This document shows positions 1-10,708 of a stretch of DNA of 64,000 nt, piece after piece (positions within the stretch are counted from its first letter, which is position 1; each line of letters opens with the position of its first letter). The notes under the pieces are model-generated. The model did no database searches and was not told where the DNA came from. It worked only from the letters and a program-made list of their open reading frames with translations. The DNA is taken from NCBI GenBank assembly GCA_963663805.2, contig CAXXMR010000009.1, forward strand, positions 96,001 through 160,000, in the 5' to 3' direction. This DNA comes from Sedimentisphaerales bacterium (GTDB taxonomy: Bacteria; Planctomycetota; Phycisphaerae; Sedimentisphaerales; SM23-30). The position numbers and the translations under genes are program-made.

Positions 1-558
1 CTGGGTATTATAGTTTTCGAAGCGGTTTTCCCAGGTCGCGATTATTTTATGCCATTTGCCGGTTTCGGCGATATTGCGGGAAACCACTCCGCCGTCGCCG
101 AGGTCGCCGGCGAGTGAAAAACCTACTTTACCTTCTTCTGTCATATAAACCTGATAGCCCACGTTAGTGCTAGCTTCGGTTTTGCGGACGATCTGGGCTT
201 GTTTGAGCAGGTAGGGCATGAACTCAATTTCGATGGTGAGTGAGCTGAAGCCGGCGTTGCCGTTATCGTGGCCGGTGAGTATGTCGCTGTCTTCGACCTT
301 TAGCATTATGTTGGTTGAGTCGGCGTCGGAGAAGGCGTTGGGGATAATAATGGAGCCGCAGCAGGTGTTTTTGTTGACCTGGGCGGTGGGGTTTGAACCG
401 CGGGTGATAACCTGGGCGGTCAGGCCGGCGATGCTGTCCTGGGCCTGGCTGATGGTGCCGAGAGGATAGTCAAGCCATTGCCACAAGGCCAGGTCTTCCG
501 CGTGGGCGTTAATGCTCAATGCCGCAAGAAGTAAAACTAATACAACAAATTTCTTCAA
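1..558 (-). CDS. Secreted LamG-like jellyroll protein, partial (runs off left edge)
   Basis: Not in the ORF track because it has no stop in the window. Hand translation from TTG 558: MKKFVVLVLLLAALSINAHA signal peptide, then SLTIEIEF...GYQVYM...GKWHKIIATWE, open to base 1. Confidence 0.7.
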   Translation of the reverse strand, partial: MKKFVVLVLLLAALSINAHAEDLALWQWLDYPLGTISQAQDSIAGLTAQVITRGSNPTAQVNKNTCCGSIIIPNAFSDADSTNIMLKVEDSDILTGHDNGNAGFSSLTIEIEFMPYLLKQAQIVRKTEASTNVGYQVYMTEEGKVGFSLAGDLGDGGVVSRNIAETGKWHKIIATWENRFENYNTQ

Positions 559-588
559 AACCTTTTAGCTCCCTTGAGTGTTGATCTA

Positions 589-1407
589 TTATTGTCTGTA
601 GGGCAGATAGTATGAATAGTTGTTGTCACTTCTTCTGACGAGCATGTCCACGAGTTGCTCATCGTCGCCGGGGAAGGTTTGAGCGCTGGCATCGCCAAAG
701 ACGTAATTAGCTTTTTGTTTGGACAGATACTCGGGAAGTGTGGTGTCGGTGTAAGTCAGATGATAGAAGGATTCAACCCAGTTTGGAGAATTACTGGTAG
801 TATATTCAAGCAGTTTATAGCTGTCTTTGCCTTTGTGGTTGGTTCGCAGCTCAGAAGCGGCCCGCCTTTTCCAAAGACAGTCGCCGAACAGTACGTTGAA
901 TCTTTTTCCCTCGTAGGTCCAGTAACGGAAGGACTGGGTGAACAACTGTGATTTGTTAGCGGTGTCAACCTGAAACCAGGTATTGCCTTTGGGGAGATTG
1001 GCCCAGTATCCTCCGCAGATAACGTAGTCGGAGTAGACATTGTAGCCGGTGCCGATGTCTTCCATGCTTCTTTTCCATTCGGGCAGGAAGGGGCATTTAA
1101 AGTAGTTAATGTCGAGATAGTCTTTGTACAGCGGCCTGACATCGGAATTGGGTGAGCTGGAGCCCCAGGTGACCTGTTTGGGCAGGGCAAAGGGGTTGTT
1201 TTCCCAGCAATGCAAGGGCAGTCTGTCGTTGTCGGATTCGTAGGCGAGTGCTCCGAGTGCGACCTGTCTGAGGTTTGACAGGCAGACGACCAGACGGGCT
1301 TGTTCGCGGGCTTGTCCCAATGCCGGCAGGAGAATCGAAACCAGCAGGGCGATGATAGCGACCACTACGAGTAATTCCACCAAGGTGAATCCTTTGGGTC
1401 GGTACAT
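589..1407 (-). CDS. Prepilin-type N-terminal cleavage/methylation protein (DUF1559-like)
   Basis: [49 protein letters not shown] before ATG 1407; degenerate C-terminal ANYVFGDAS motif. Confidence 0.9.
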   Translation of the reverse strand: MYRPKGFTLVELLVVVAIIALLVSILLPALGQAREQARLVVCLSNLRQVALGALAYESDNDRLPLHCWENNPFALPKQVTWGSSSPNSDVRPLYKDYLDINYFKCPFLPEWKRSMEDIGTGYNVYSDYVICGGYWANLPKGNTWFQVDTANKSQLFTQSFRYWTYEGKRFNVLFGDCLWKRRAASELRTNHKGKDSYKLLEYTTSNSPNWVESFYHLTYTDTTLPEYLSKQKANYVFGDASAQTFPGDDEQLVDMLVRRSDNNYSYYLPYRQ

Positions 1408-1676
1408 AATTATGCTCCTTTTGTGGATGGCTATTATGATGAATTTCTTATCCTTCACGTTTGAATTCTAACACACAGTTAATGCGTGAACAATCCGACA
1501 AACAAACTTTTTTTTAGCACAAAAAAGTACAATTGCTGGTTATTGTTGAATGTTGGCGTGTCTAGAGTATTATATTGCGGTACCGGGCGGGCAGGGCGAC
1601 GGGCTTTTTTAGTCTCTTACAAATGAATTTTACGCAAAATGACAGCAATTTATCAGACCCTTTTCAAATCTGTTAT

Positions 1677-1739
1677 CGGAGGGACAACCGAGAAGGCCCC
1701 AAAGTTACCCAGGTCCTCCTGTCGTATAGCCGGAAACAC
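1677..1739 (-). repeat. 63-bp dispersed repeat, copy 1 (inverted relative to 4744-4806)
   Basis: Reverse complement matches 4744-4806 at 56/63 positions by hand alignment. Confidence 0.9.
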
Positions 1740-2039
1740 GGCGATCGGGTCGCCCGCCTGCGTTGGGCTATCCTTCGTGATTCCAAGGGGATAGCAACTT
1801 TTGCTTGGGCGGATTCCAGGAGAAAATGAACGACGAAACCCAGCTCCTGCCCGAAGCCTCCAAAGCGATAAACGCATCTTTCGAGAAGGCACAATGCAAT
1901 ATACTTAAACGTTTGCAAAAAGACATTTAGCTTGTATGTGAACTCCAAAATTCCTATAATATATGAATTAGCCGGTCTTTATGCCGATATAAAGCATAGA
2001 GACAAACAGTGTATTAACAGGATAAAGGAGACGGTGAAT

Positions 2040-4705
2040 ATGTCTATAAGCAATCGCGATCGCCATTGCAAGTCATTATTTAATAACAAGTTAAAACACG
2101 CCTGCATCACCCTGGCCTGGGCACTTACCCTGCTGCTGACCCAAACCGCATCAGCCCTCTCCGTCGCCAGCGTACTAGGCTCAGGCGGCGGAGACTTCGA
2201 CCCCTGGAACACCACCCGATGGGCAGCCTGGTATTCCGGAAGCAAATTAGTCAAACAATTCGACATCGATTGCGATGTGACTCTAGTCGATCGAGGCGGC
2301 TCCGCCAACCCCTGGAAACCCGACGTCTCCGAACATGAAACTGGACGAATCTTTTATTTTGATAATGCCGGTCGGGGTAAAACATTCGATGGGAATGGGG
2401 TGTTTATTGATGTTAGACCTGACGATCCCTCGTTAACACAATTATACTCGTCGTGGCGGTGGTATGATCTTTGGGATGAACTCTTTGGGTTGAATAATTG
2501 TTTTCGTATTTCTCAGGGCTATAGTTCATCATACGGTCCGACTGTTATTCGTAATTTATGGATGAAGGGGTTCGTGCAGGCTATCCGTACCAGTTTCCGG
2601 AGCAGCGGCAGTTATCATCCTCTGGTTATTGATGATTGTGATTTTCGTCGCAATGAATGGGGGGTCTATCTGAGCGGCAGCGATGCCACTGTTCAGAATT
2701 GCGGCATAAAACAGCAGCTCAAGGGCGGCATGTACTGTGGAGCAGGTTCCGGCCGCAATTATATTATCAATAATGCCTTCCAGGATAACCATATCGAACA
2801 GGTCGGCAATTATGGTGATATTGCTATGGATACCGCATACGAAACTTTGATAGAAAATAATACGCATCAGCTTTCCGAAGGCGGCTCCTATCATTGCGGT
2901 GTGAAGTTTTATCACAATATGGGCGAGGAAGACACCTATCGAGAACATTCTCCTCATGATAATATTCTGCGCGGCAATACCTTCAACGGCTACTCCGTGG
3001 CTTATGATATCGGCGGGCGTATGGGGCGCAGCGATGGATACGATCTTACCGGCGAAGGACGTGATTATGTGAGCTATAATCTCTTTGAAAATAACACTAT
3101 CACTAACACCGATATTGGTTTCAAAATCAACTGTCCCGGCAACACTTTCCGTTCGAATACCTTCAGTAATGTTGATTTACCCTTTGTTCTGCACTGTGTA
3201 TTTTACAGCCTTACCGAAAATGTCATAAACGATCAGGCGGGCGACAATGTCTATTACTGGTTTGTCGCTTCAGATTACAGCAGCTATCCTCCAACTGGTT
3301 CACCTATCAGGATGATCTCAACGGCAATATCGCTGAGTCCGACAAGTTCATTCATGTTCGGTCTGATTATGGGGCCCCAGATTATCAGAGTTATAGCGGG
3401 CCTGCTACGGTGGTCACTGAGGATTCTATGCTGATTAGTTCTGTTAATCGGGTATCTGATATTTCGGGGGATCAGTTTATTGATCTTCAGGATATAAGTA
3501 TTTTGTCGCAGCAATGGATGAGTTCCAATTGCGATATTGATAATGATTTCTGCAACAAAACCGACATTAACTATGACAGCGATGTCGATATTGACGACCT
3601 CAAGCAGGTCGCGGATGGCTGGCTTTTGCCTAATAATATGAAGGATGTCTATGCCACCGGTGCCACACCTATTGACATAGCGGTCGGGGATTACTGGGTT
3701 GATATTCCCGGTGATGAAATTGCGGTTATCTGGGATACTCCCGTCTCGCGACTGGGCAGTACGGATTACTATTCTATTATCATGTATGACAGCAATGGTA
3801 TCGAGTTCAGTCGGTGCGGGCGGAGCACTACGAAATGGGAAGCAATTACAGCGGGGAATTTTGTCAATCTGGTCGGAACATACAGTGTTGTTGAGGCAGG
3901 CGATGAGATCGCGGCGGTTCATTCTTCCGCGGTGAGTGGATATTATCCGGTTTATGTATTTGGCCGGGGCAGGAAGGATGCCAGTGTTACCCTGCTGACC
4001 AGCAATACGACTAAAATTGTCGATTTGACCGCCGGTAATTTCCGCACCGCAACGGACTCTAACGATGAAATCGCGGTTATTTATACCGGTGGGTCGTCAA
4101 CTATTAATTTCTGCAAGCCAACAGAAACTTCGTGGACACTTACGACTACCGGCGCTGCTAACCTGACCAAAATAGCGGCGGGCAATTTCGACGGCCAAAG
4201 CTCCAACGGTGATGAAATATCGGGCATCAACAGCAGTTCGTCGCTGATATATTTTTATCGCTTTGGCGCGTCAACTCATTACCTAACGGCGGGCACTTCC
4301 GGCCAGGCAGTCTGGAGTAATATCGCGGCGGGCAATTTCTACACTGCCAACAGTCATTACGAAGTTGCCGTGTCCAGCTCGGCGGCGTCTTTGGGAATCT
4401 ACGAAATTTCCTACTACTCTGTCGGAGCGAGCAGCCCCTTCAAGCAATCGACTCATGATGTCCTTGGTGTTCCGGTTAAAGCACTTGCCGCGGGCAAGCC
4501 CATAATACATTCACTGCCCAGCCTATACGAAAGGGCCGATGGGTTCTACAGCACCGACTACGCCGTCGAGGTCAGCACCTGGGGAGATTTCCTGGCTGTC
4601 CTGCCGGCTGCGGCCCAGACCACCGGTACACCGATATTCTGGCTGGCAAACTACACCTATAACGATGCTCTGAATTATCTCAAGGTTACATCGATTATGA
4701 GATAG
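2040..4705 (+). CDS. Secreted right-handed beta-helix protein with internal dockerin pair and FG-GAP-like propeller repeats; one frameshift near 3289
   Basis: ORFs 1932-3434 and 3410-4705 join via a frame open from 3290 (SNWFTYQDDLNG...). Signal peptide, Asn-rich I.NN.F repeats, DISGDQFIDLQD/DINYDSDVDIDD dockerin, repeated IAAGNF...DEIAV. Confidence 0.75.
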
Positions 4706-4743
4706 CCTCAACAGCAAGCCGGTTTGGTGCATTTTCAACCACT

Positions 4744-4806
4744 GTGTTTCCGGCTATACGGCAGGAAGCCCTGGGTAACTCTGGGGCCTTCTCGGTTGGC
4801 CTGCCG
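4744..4806 (+). repeat. 63-bp dispersed repeat, copy 2
   Basis: GTGTTTCCGGCTATACGGCAGG...CTTCTCGGTTGGCCTGCCG, the inverted match to 1677-1739. Confidence 0.9.
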
Positions 4807-4931
4807 GCAGCCCATAAGCGCTAAACGCATTTTGCTTCCCCAGCTTTTGGGACAATACAAAAAAAATGGAGTTTGCCACTGCCTCGGGAAAACCAGCAGC
4901 AAACTCCGGAAAACAATGCGACTCTTTCACA

Positions 4932-5951
4932 TTAAGCGTTCGGGGTATATTCGTTGCCGACCTTTCGGGCGCGTTCGGCTTTGTCGAGATTGACCTTCAG
5001 GGCCATGCCGACTTCCACCAGGATGTTCCAGCCGGCGGCGAGATAAACATAATTCTGAAGTGAACCGGCTTCGGGAATCAGAATGGTGGGGAATTGGGTT
5101 TGTTTGGTGCTTATGGCGATGACCTGGAGGCCCACGCCCTGTACGAGGGTTTCCTGAAGTTTGTCCTGTTCGGCTGGGAAGGGGTCAATGACGATAACGA
5201 CGTCGGCGGGGTTCATAACTTCTTCGATACCATGAACGGCGTAGGTGCCTTCGAGGAAATCGCTTTTGCGGCGGGTGATTTCGTTGGTTTTGAGGGTTAG
5301 TTCCTCGGCGACACCGTCGTTGCGGCCTGCGAAATGGATGGTTCCGGCCTGGCTGATAGCCTTGATGATGTCGGCAGGGATTTCTGTGCCAAGGGCTGCT
5401 TCGACAGCATCGGCGGCGGTGCTGAGTTCAGAGGTGATGGTTTTGCCAGCGGTCTGGGCCAGCAGCTCCTGATAGAAAAGTCCCTGTTCGGCAACGCTCT
5501 TGGTGGCGGCAACGGCTTGTTCCCAGCCGCAACTGAGTACGAAGGTCTGTTGAGAACGTTCGGCGAGTTTGGTGTTTTCGCGGGCGGTCAGGGCATAAAG
5601 GTTCTGGTGGCCTTGTTTACGTAGGTTGTCGAACAGTTCGATGACCTCGCGGGTTGAGCCGCTGTTGGATGCGCCAAAGGCGACGTAATCGCTGAGCTTG
5701 AACTCGGCACCTTCGCGGGCACCGGAGCAGAACATTTCGATATTGCTGCCGCTTTTGCGGGAATTGTAGATAGCGTTTTTAGCGGGGAAGATTCGGCTGG
5801 AGCCTTCGCCGGTGAAGTAAACGCGTTTGGTTTGTTTGATGGCTTCGGTAACCTTCTGGCCATTATCGAGTTTGAAATTTCTGATAATGTCGGGGGTTTC
5901 CATCATTTCCCGTGTCAGTGAGAATTGAATGTAGCGTTCTTCTTTTTTCAT
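4932..5951 (-). CDS. Double SIS-domain sugar-phosphate isomerase/deaminase (GlmS isomerase-like, no glutaminase domain)
   Basis: FTGEGSS, SNSGSTRE, VAATKS, EELTLKTNE...HG motifs; start MKKEERY at 5951. Confidence 0.8.
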   Translation of the reverse strand: MKKEERYIQFSLTREMMETPDIIRNFKLDNGQKVTEAIKQTKRVYFTGEGSSRIFPAKNAIYNSRKSGSNIEMFCSGAREGAEFKLSDYVAFGASNSGSTREVIELFDNLRKQGHQNLYALTARENTKLAERSQQTFVLSCGWEQAVAATKSVAEQGLFYQELLAQTAGKTITSELSTAADAVEAALGTEIPADIIKAISQAGTIHFAGRNDGVAEELTLKTNEITRRKSDFLEGTYAVHGIEEVMNPADVVIVIDPFPAEQDKLQETLVQGVGLQVIAISTKQTQFPTILIPEAGSLQNYVYLAAGWNILVEVGMALKVNLDKAERARKVGNEYTPNA

Positions 5952-5967
5952 TTTTGGTTCCCTTTTA

Positions 5968-7158
5968 TTATTTATTGTTTTCCAGTTTAACGTATTCGGG
6001 CATTGGGCCAACGAGCGGTTTGAGATATTCGAGGAATTCATCGGTTATGAAATTTCCTTCGGCGTTGATGTATTCATCGGGCAGGGGGCGGGCCTTGATA
6101 GCGACTTCATTGAGTGGTATGGTGCCGGTGGTGCATTTGTATTCGGCCCCCGGTTCGCGTTGGAGAGTCACCATAACGCCGGTGGTATCGCTCAGGGCGA
6201 GTTCGACGGCTTTTTGGCCGCAGAGGAAGGCTTCGTCAGTATCAGACTGGACAGCACGGTCAGCAGCACACATCGGTAGCGATTCAGTAATCTGAAATTC
6301 GCCGCGGAAACCGAACTCGTCGGCAATCATACGATGCAGTACGATAGCGACGCTGGTGCCGCCCATGGCTCCAAATTCGACATTGCCGAACTTGTCCTGG
6401 GTTTGGGATGAGGAAACGCAGGTGCCGTCGGCGTAGCAGATGCCCTCGCCGCAGATAACGTAAGCAAAACCGTGCTTATCGTAGCAGTTTTTTACGTTCT
6501 TGAGGAATTTAGCTTTCTCGAAGGGCCTCTCCGGAAAACACATGATATGTGGTGCGTCATCGGCGGTTCGTTTGCCTGCGGCGGTTGCTCCGACGAGCCA
6601 GCCGGCTTCGCGGCCTATGCACTGGAAGACTGAGAACTGATCGACCTTACGCATGTCGCGGGCGAGGGTGCCGGCCTGAGCGACCGACAGGGCCATATAA
6701 CGTGCGGCACTGCCGAAGCCAGGCGTATGGTCGGTGCCGAACAAGTCGTTGTCAACGGTTTTGGGGATGCCGATGCCGCGGAGGTCGTAGCCTTGTTTTT
6801 GGGCATAAGCTTCGACGCGGCAGATGGTGTCCATGGTATCGTTGCCGCCGATAAGGAATAAATAGTGGATTTCGTGTTGGGCGAGCATTTTCAGGACGGC
6901 TGGCAGGTCCTGGTCTTTGAGTTTGTAGCGGCAGGAGCCCAGGGCGCTGGAAGGGGTGGTTTTGAGGCCTTCTACGATGCCAGGATTTTGGCTGGAAAGG
7001 TCGATCATGTCGCCTTTCATGAATCCTTCGATTCCGAATCTCATACCCCAGAGTTTGTCGATGCCGCTGCCTTGGCGTACCCCGTCGATTACCCCGGCGA
7101 GGGAAGCGTTAATCACTGATGTCGGGCCGCCTGATTGGCCGATAATCGCGTTTTTCAT
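5968..7158 (-). CDS. pfp: Phosphofructokinase, probably PPi-dependent
   Basis: QSGGPTSVIN, GGNDT and PKTVDND; the Asp and Lys at these sites are typical of PPi-PFKs. Confidence 0.85.
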   Translation of the reverse strand: MKNAIIGQSGGPTSVINASLAGVIDGVRQGSGIDKLWGMRFGIEGFMKGDMIDLSSQNPGIVEGLKTTPSSALGSCRYKLKDQDLPAVLKMLAQHEIHYLFLIGGNDTMDTICRVEAYAQKQGYDLRGIGIPKTVDNDLFGTDHTPGFGSAARYMALSVAQAGTLARDMRKVDQFSVFQCIGREAGWLVGATAAGKRTADDAPHIMCFPERPFEKAKFLKNVKNCYDKHGFAYVICGEGICYADGTCVSSSQTQDKFGNVEFGAMGGTSVAIVLHRMIADEFGFRGEFQITESLPMCAADRAVQSDTDEAFLCGQKAVELALSDTTGVMVTLQREPGAEYKCTTGTIPLNEVAIKARPLPDEYINAEGNFITDEFLEYLKPLVGPMPEYVKLENNK

Positions 7159-7322
7159 ATTTGTTTTTACTCTACTTGCTTTGGTTCTCAGTTTGTTTCT
7201 TTAGGCCAAAAATCACGTTAACCAGCCTAGCCGATTTAGCCCTTGACTAAAATGGATAGACAGGCCATAATGATGGATAAACGTAACATGGGGCGAGCGG
7301 GCCCGGAAGGTGGTTTTGGGTT

Positions 7323-8210
7323 ATGGAAAAGGCGGCAAACGGCGAGAAATTGAGAGGTGAATATCCCGAATGCCTGGAAGGGAGTATTCAGCAGTCGCGG
7401 TATTTCTATTTCGACAGGGCCGATGAGGACCCGGAGCTGACGTTGGTTTTTGGCGGGCATGAGGTCTGCAACAGTGATTTTGAAATTTCGCGGGCTTCTT
7501 ATCCTTATCATGTTTTGGAGTTTCCGCTCAAGGGCAACTGTGTTTTGACTATTGCGGGACAGAGGCATGTCCTGAAAAAGAATTATGTCGGCGGATTTAC
7601 GCCGGGAGTCGCTCATCATTATCGCTGTGAGCAGCCGAAGTATCCGTTGGAGCATTTTTTTCTGGCGTTCAAGGGAGGGCAGGCTTCGCGGTTTTTTGAG
7701 CGGACGGAACTGTTTGAGAATTATGTGGTCGAGACGCAGGAGTATCCGCAACTGATACAACTGGCTCAGACAGTTTTCAATAAGGCGCTGGAGAAAAGTC
7801 CTAACTGCCATCAGATTTGCAATTATTACCTGAGAATTATTCTGCTGGAATTAGCCCGCAAAACGCATGTTTCCGGCTCGTCTTCGCTTTCGGTGCAGAC
7901 CTGTCAAAACTGTAAAAAATATATCGATGATAACTATTCCACGATATTTTTGCCGCATGAGGTGGCAGAGGAATTTGATATTACGGTGCGTCATCTGTCG
8001 CGGCTTTTTCGGCAATATCTTAATACCAGTCCGCGTGAATACATCATGCGGCTGAAATGCGGCAAGGCGGCGGTTCTGCTTTTGACAACCGGCTTGACGG
8101 TCAAACGTATTTCCGTGCTGGTGGGGTTTGATGACCCTTATCATTTTTCGCGTAATTTCAAATTGTATTTCGGTTATTCGCCGCGTGATTATCGTAACGC
8201 TCACGCCTGA
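7323..8210 (+). CDS. AraC family transcriptional regulator
   Basis: N-terminal cupin; C-terminal HLSRLFRQ...VGFDDPYHFSRNFK..FGYSPRDYR. Confidence 0.92.
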   Translation: MEKAANGEKLRGEYPECLEGSIQQSRYFYFDRADEDPELTLVFGGHEVCNSDFEISRASYPYHVLEFPLKGNCVLTIAGQRHVLKKNYVGGFTPGVAHHYRCEQPKYPLEHFFLAFKGGQASRFFERTELFENYVVETQEYPQLIQLAQTVFNKALEKSPNCHQICNYYLRIILLELARKTHVSGSSSLSVQTCQNCKKYIDDNYSTIFLPHEVAEEFDITVRHLSRLFRQYLNTSPREYIMRLKCGKAAVLLLTTGLTVKRISVLVGFDDPYHFSRNFKLYFGYSPRDYRNAHA

Positions 8211-8239
8211 TTTGCCGATGGTTGGTGATAGGCCAAAAC

Positions 8240-8297
8240 AATGAGCCAGCCGGGCCGGGCCTCTGATACAGAGTAACCCTGCTCGACTGACTCATTT
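8240..8297. terminator. Long hairpin between convergent araC and ATPase K genes
   Basis: AATGAGCCAGCCGGGCCGGG pairs imperfectly with CCCTGCTCGACTGACTCATT; inner stem CTCTG-ATA-CAGAG. Confidence 0.55.
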
Positions 8298-8332
8298 GGA
8301 AAGGTCAATCTATTCGTGTGTTCGTATCGGCC

Positions 8333-8794
8333 TTACGGCATCATCATAAACATGAACACGAAGGCGAAAATACCGACGGTTTCAGCAATACCCATGGCGA
8401 TCATGGTATTGGTGAACGGTTTTCCATCTGCTTCGCTCATGGCCCGGATACCGGCGGCACCGATGGCACCTTGCATCCAGGCACTGAACAACTCACCCAG
8501 ACCAGCGGCTAAACCGATGCTGAAAATCGCACCAGCGTTGGCAGCCATGAATTCAGGGCTGTAAACATTGGTCTTGAGAATGATAAGCATTACCAGGAAC
8601 CCGTAGATGGTCTGCGACAGGGGCATACCCGTCAAAGCCACATACAAGAAGTTCATACCTTTGCCGGCTTTGGCTTCTTTGGCCCAGGCTCCGGCTGCGG
8701 CACGTCCCGCGGCACCAATGCCCAGGGCACTGCCGATAGCACCCAAACCCAGAGGTAAAGCGAATCCCAATTGTCCAAGCCAGGTCATGTCCAT
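8333..8794 (-). CDS. atpK: V/A-type ATP synthase subunit K (4-TM proteolipid)
   Basis: Duplicated hairpin, PLSQTIYG and GIAETVGIF; last gene of the operon. Confidence 0.93.
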   Translation of the reverse strand: MDMTWLGQLGFALPLGLGAIGSALGIGAAGRAAAGAWAKEAKAGKGMNFLYVALTGMPLSQTIYGFLVMLIILKTNVYSPEFMAANAGAIFSIGLAAGLGELFSAWMQGAIGAAGIRAMSEADGKPFTNTMIAMGIAETVGIFAFVFMFMMMP

Positions 8795-8884
8795 TTTTAT
8801 TACTCCTAAGTTAGTAATTTATTCTTCATTGCTTGTATAACATTTATCGAGCGAACGAAGGCAGTGCTTTAAGCACTATTGAAT

Positions 8885-10708
8885 TTACGTCTCCGAACAG
8901 ATGTTCCGGAACGGACTGAACGGTACGCCGGACCACTGCACGCCGGCATTATTAGAAAATTCCAACATATTAAGTCGCACACCGTGTGCGAAAATCGCGA
9001 TAAGACAAAGAATGATATTCAACGCGTGGGCAGCGACCAGAATGAGTATGGCAAAGATAATCCCGGCACCTGCCATCGAGCCGGCGACACCGCCTGCCAG
9101 GCCGTTAAACGCCGAAGCGATATAATAACTGGCCAAACCTACCGCCATCAGACGGATATAGCTCATCATGTCGCCAAACGCGTTGGATATACTCATCAGA
9201 TTGCTCAGTACGCCGATCGCTATCCGTTTGACGGGATTTTTTACCGGGTGACAGAACAGGGCGATAATCACCCAGCCCGCTACGAGCAGTCCGACGGTGA
9301 TATTTGTCGGGATAAGCGGTCCGAAGAACATCAGCCATACCAGTGTGAACATCGAGAAGATGAACATGCACCAGCCGATTTCCGCCAAGGCCAGCTGATT
9401 GGGCCAGAAGGCCACCAGACGCCGCAAATGAGCCAGCATAAGGTGAATACAGCCAATAATAAAACTCACCTGCATCACCAGGTTGCGACCTGTCTCGGCA
9501 TCTTCACGCCAGAGCAGTCCCAGCGATTGCATTACGCCGGCTAGACCTTCTGATAAGCCGCGGACATCGGCAGGGCCGACACCAAAATAATTCGCGGTAA
9601 TAACGCCCCAGATAAAGGTTGCCAGTCCAAAAATAATAATCAATTGCGGAGCGGGTGCGCCGGCAACTTTTTTTAATTTTTTATAGCTGAACAGGCCCGC
9701 CAGCATAAATATCAGACCATAACCGGCATCACCAACCAGCATAGCGGTGAAGATGGGCATAGCCAGCATAAAAAACGGGGTCAGGTCGTATTCCCGATAA
9801 CCCGGAGTCGTGCCCAGCACCTGAAACAGAGCTTTGATAGGTTGGGCCCATTTGGGATAGACCACCAGCGTGGGCGGGTCTTCTTCTTCCAGCGGTTCAA
9901 AACACTGGACCGCGGCATTAAGACCGTCGGCATTGAGTTGCTCGGCCAGAGTCTCGCCCTGATGAGCAGGCACCCAACCCTGAACCGCGAACAAATCGCT
10001 GTTTTCCAGAGCACCGCGGCGAGCTTTGCTAAACGAAGCCTTCTGGCGGTAAATGAGTTCCTGTCCCCTGATTTTATCTTCGAGATGGGCCAGCTCGTGC
10101 AAACGCTGCCGGTCCTTTTTGATTTCAGCATCAATCTGGTGAGCTTCTTCACGGATGGAAGGGGCGTCACGGTCCGGCAGAGCAAGCACATGGGCTTCTT
10201 CCGGGAACTCGACCTCTCCGTCACGTTTGACAGCCATCACCAACTGTTGAACATCTTCTTCATCGACAATAACCTCAATGCAGTCAGCCTTAACCTTGGC
10301 AATATCCTCAGCGTTCAGCAAAGCTACCTTGACATCAAGCCCCGCTTCTTTAAGAGCGGCGAGCTGTTCCAGCCTGGTATCGCCCCAGACGTGAATCTGT
10401 TCGATTTGCCGATGCAGACTTGCCAGACGGCTTTCGTACTCAGCATGTTGACGCTGAATATAGAAAACTTCATTAGCGGCCTCAACCGGGTCGATATCCG
10501 GGGCAACTCCCTGGGGTTCGGTAGCTTCCAGAATCTGTAAGGCGCGATGGATATGTTCTAACTGTGACAGGATTTTTTCTTCGGCGACTGCCTGACTTGG
10601 GTCAATCGGCTTGAGATGCACGACGCCCAGGTTTCCCAGTTTGGTCAGCAGTTTGTCATGGTCACCATTGCGAACCGCGACATAAGTTTTGAGCATTTTC
10701 TCTATCAT
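8885..10708 (-). CDS. atpI: V/A-type ATP synthase subunit I
   Basis: GWVP, GDAGYG, DMMSYIRLMAVGLA, HGVRLNMLEF. Confidence 0.95.
   Translation of the reverse strand: MIEKMLKTYVAVRNGDHDKLLTKLGNLGVVHLKPIDPSQAVAEEKILSQLEHIHRALQILEATEPQGVAPDIDPVEAANEVFYIQRQHAEYESRLASLHRQIEQIHVWGDTRLEQLAALKEAGLDVKVALLNAEDIAKVKADCIEVIVDEEDVQQLVMAVKRDGEVEFPEEAHVLALPDRDAPSIREEAHQIDAEIKKDRQRLHELAHLEDKIRGQELIYRQKASFSKARRGALENSDLFAVQGWVPAHQGETLAEQLNADGLNAAVQCFEPLEEEDPPTLVVYPKWAQPIKALFQVLGTTPGYREYDLTPFFMLAMPIFTAMLVGDAGYGLIFMLAGLFSYKKLKKVAGAPAPQLIIIFGLATFIWGVITANYFGVGPADVRGLSEGLAGVMQSLGLLWREDAETGRNLVMQVSFIIGCIHLMLAHLRRLVAFWPNQLALAEIGWCMFIFSMFTLVWLMFFGPLIPTNITVGLLVAGWVIIALFCHPVKNPVKRIAIGVLSNLMSISNAFGDMMSYIRLMAVGLASYYIASAFNGLAGGVAGSMAGAGIIFAILILVAAHALNIILCLIAIFAHGVRLNMLEFSNNAGVQWSGVPFSPFRNICSET

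Noticed and set aside
1634..1645. 12-mer GCAAAATGACAG shared with 17055-17066
   Set aside because: An isolated 12-bp match is expected by chance in 64 kb; the flanks do not align.
8181..8198. 18-bp identity between the two araC 3' ends (also 56881-56898)
   Set aside because: Encodes the conserved PRDYRN end of the AraC HTH; protein-level constraint is sufficient.
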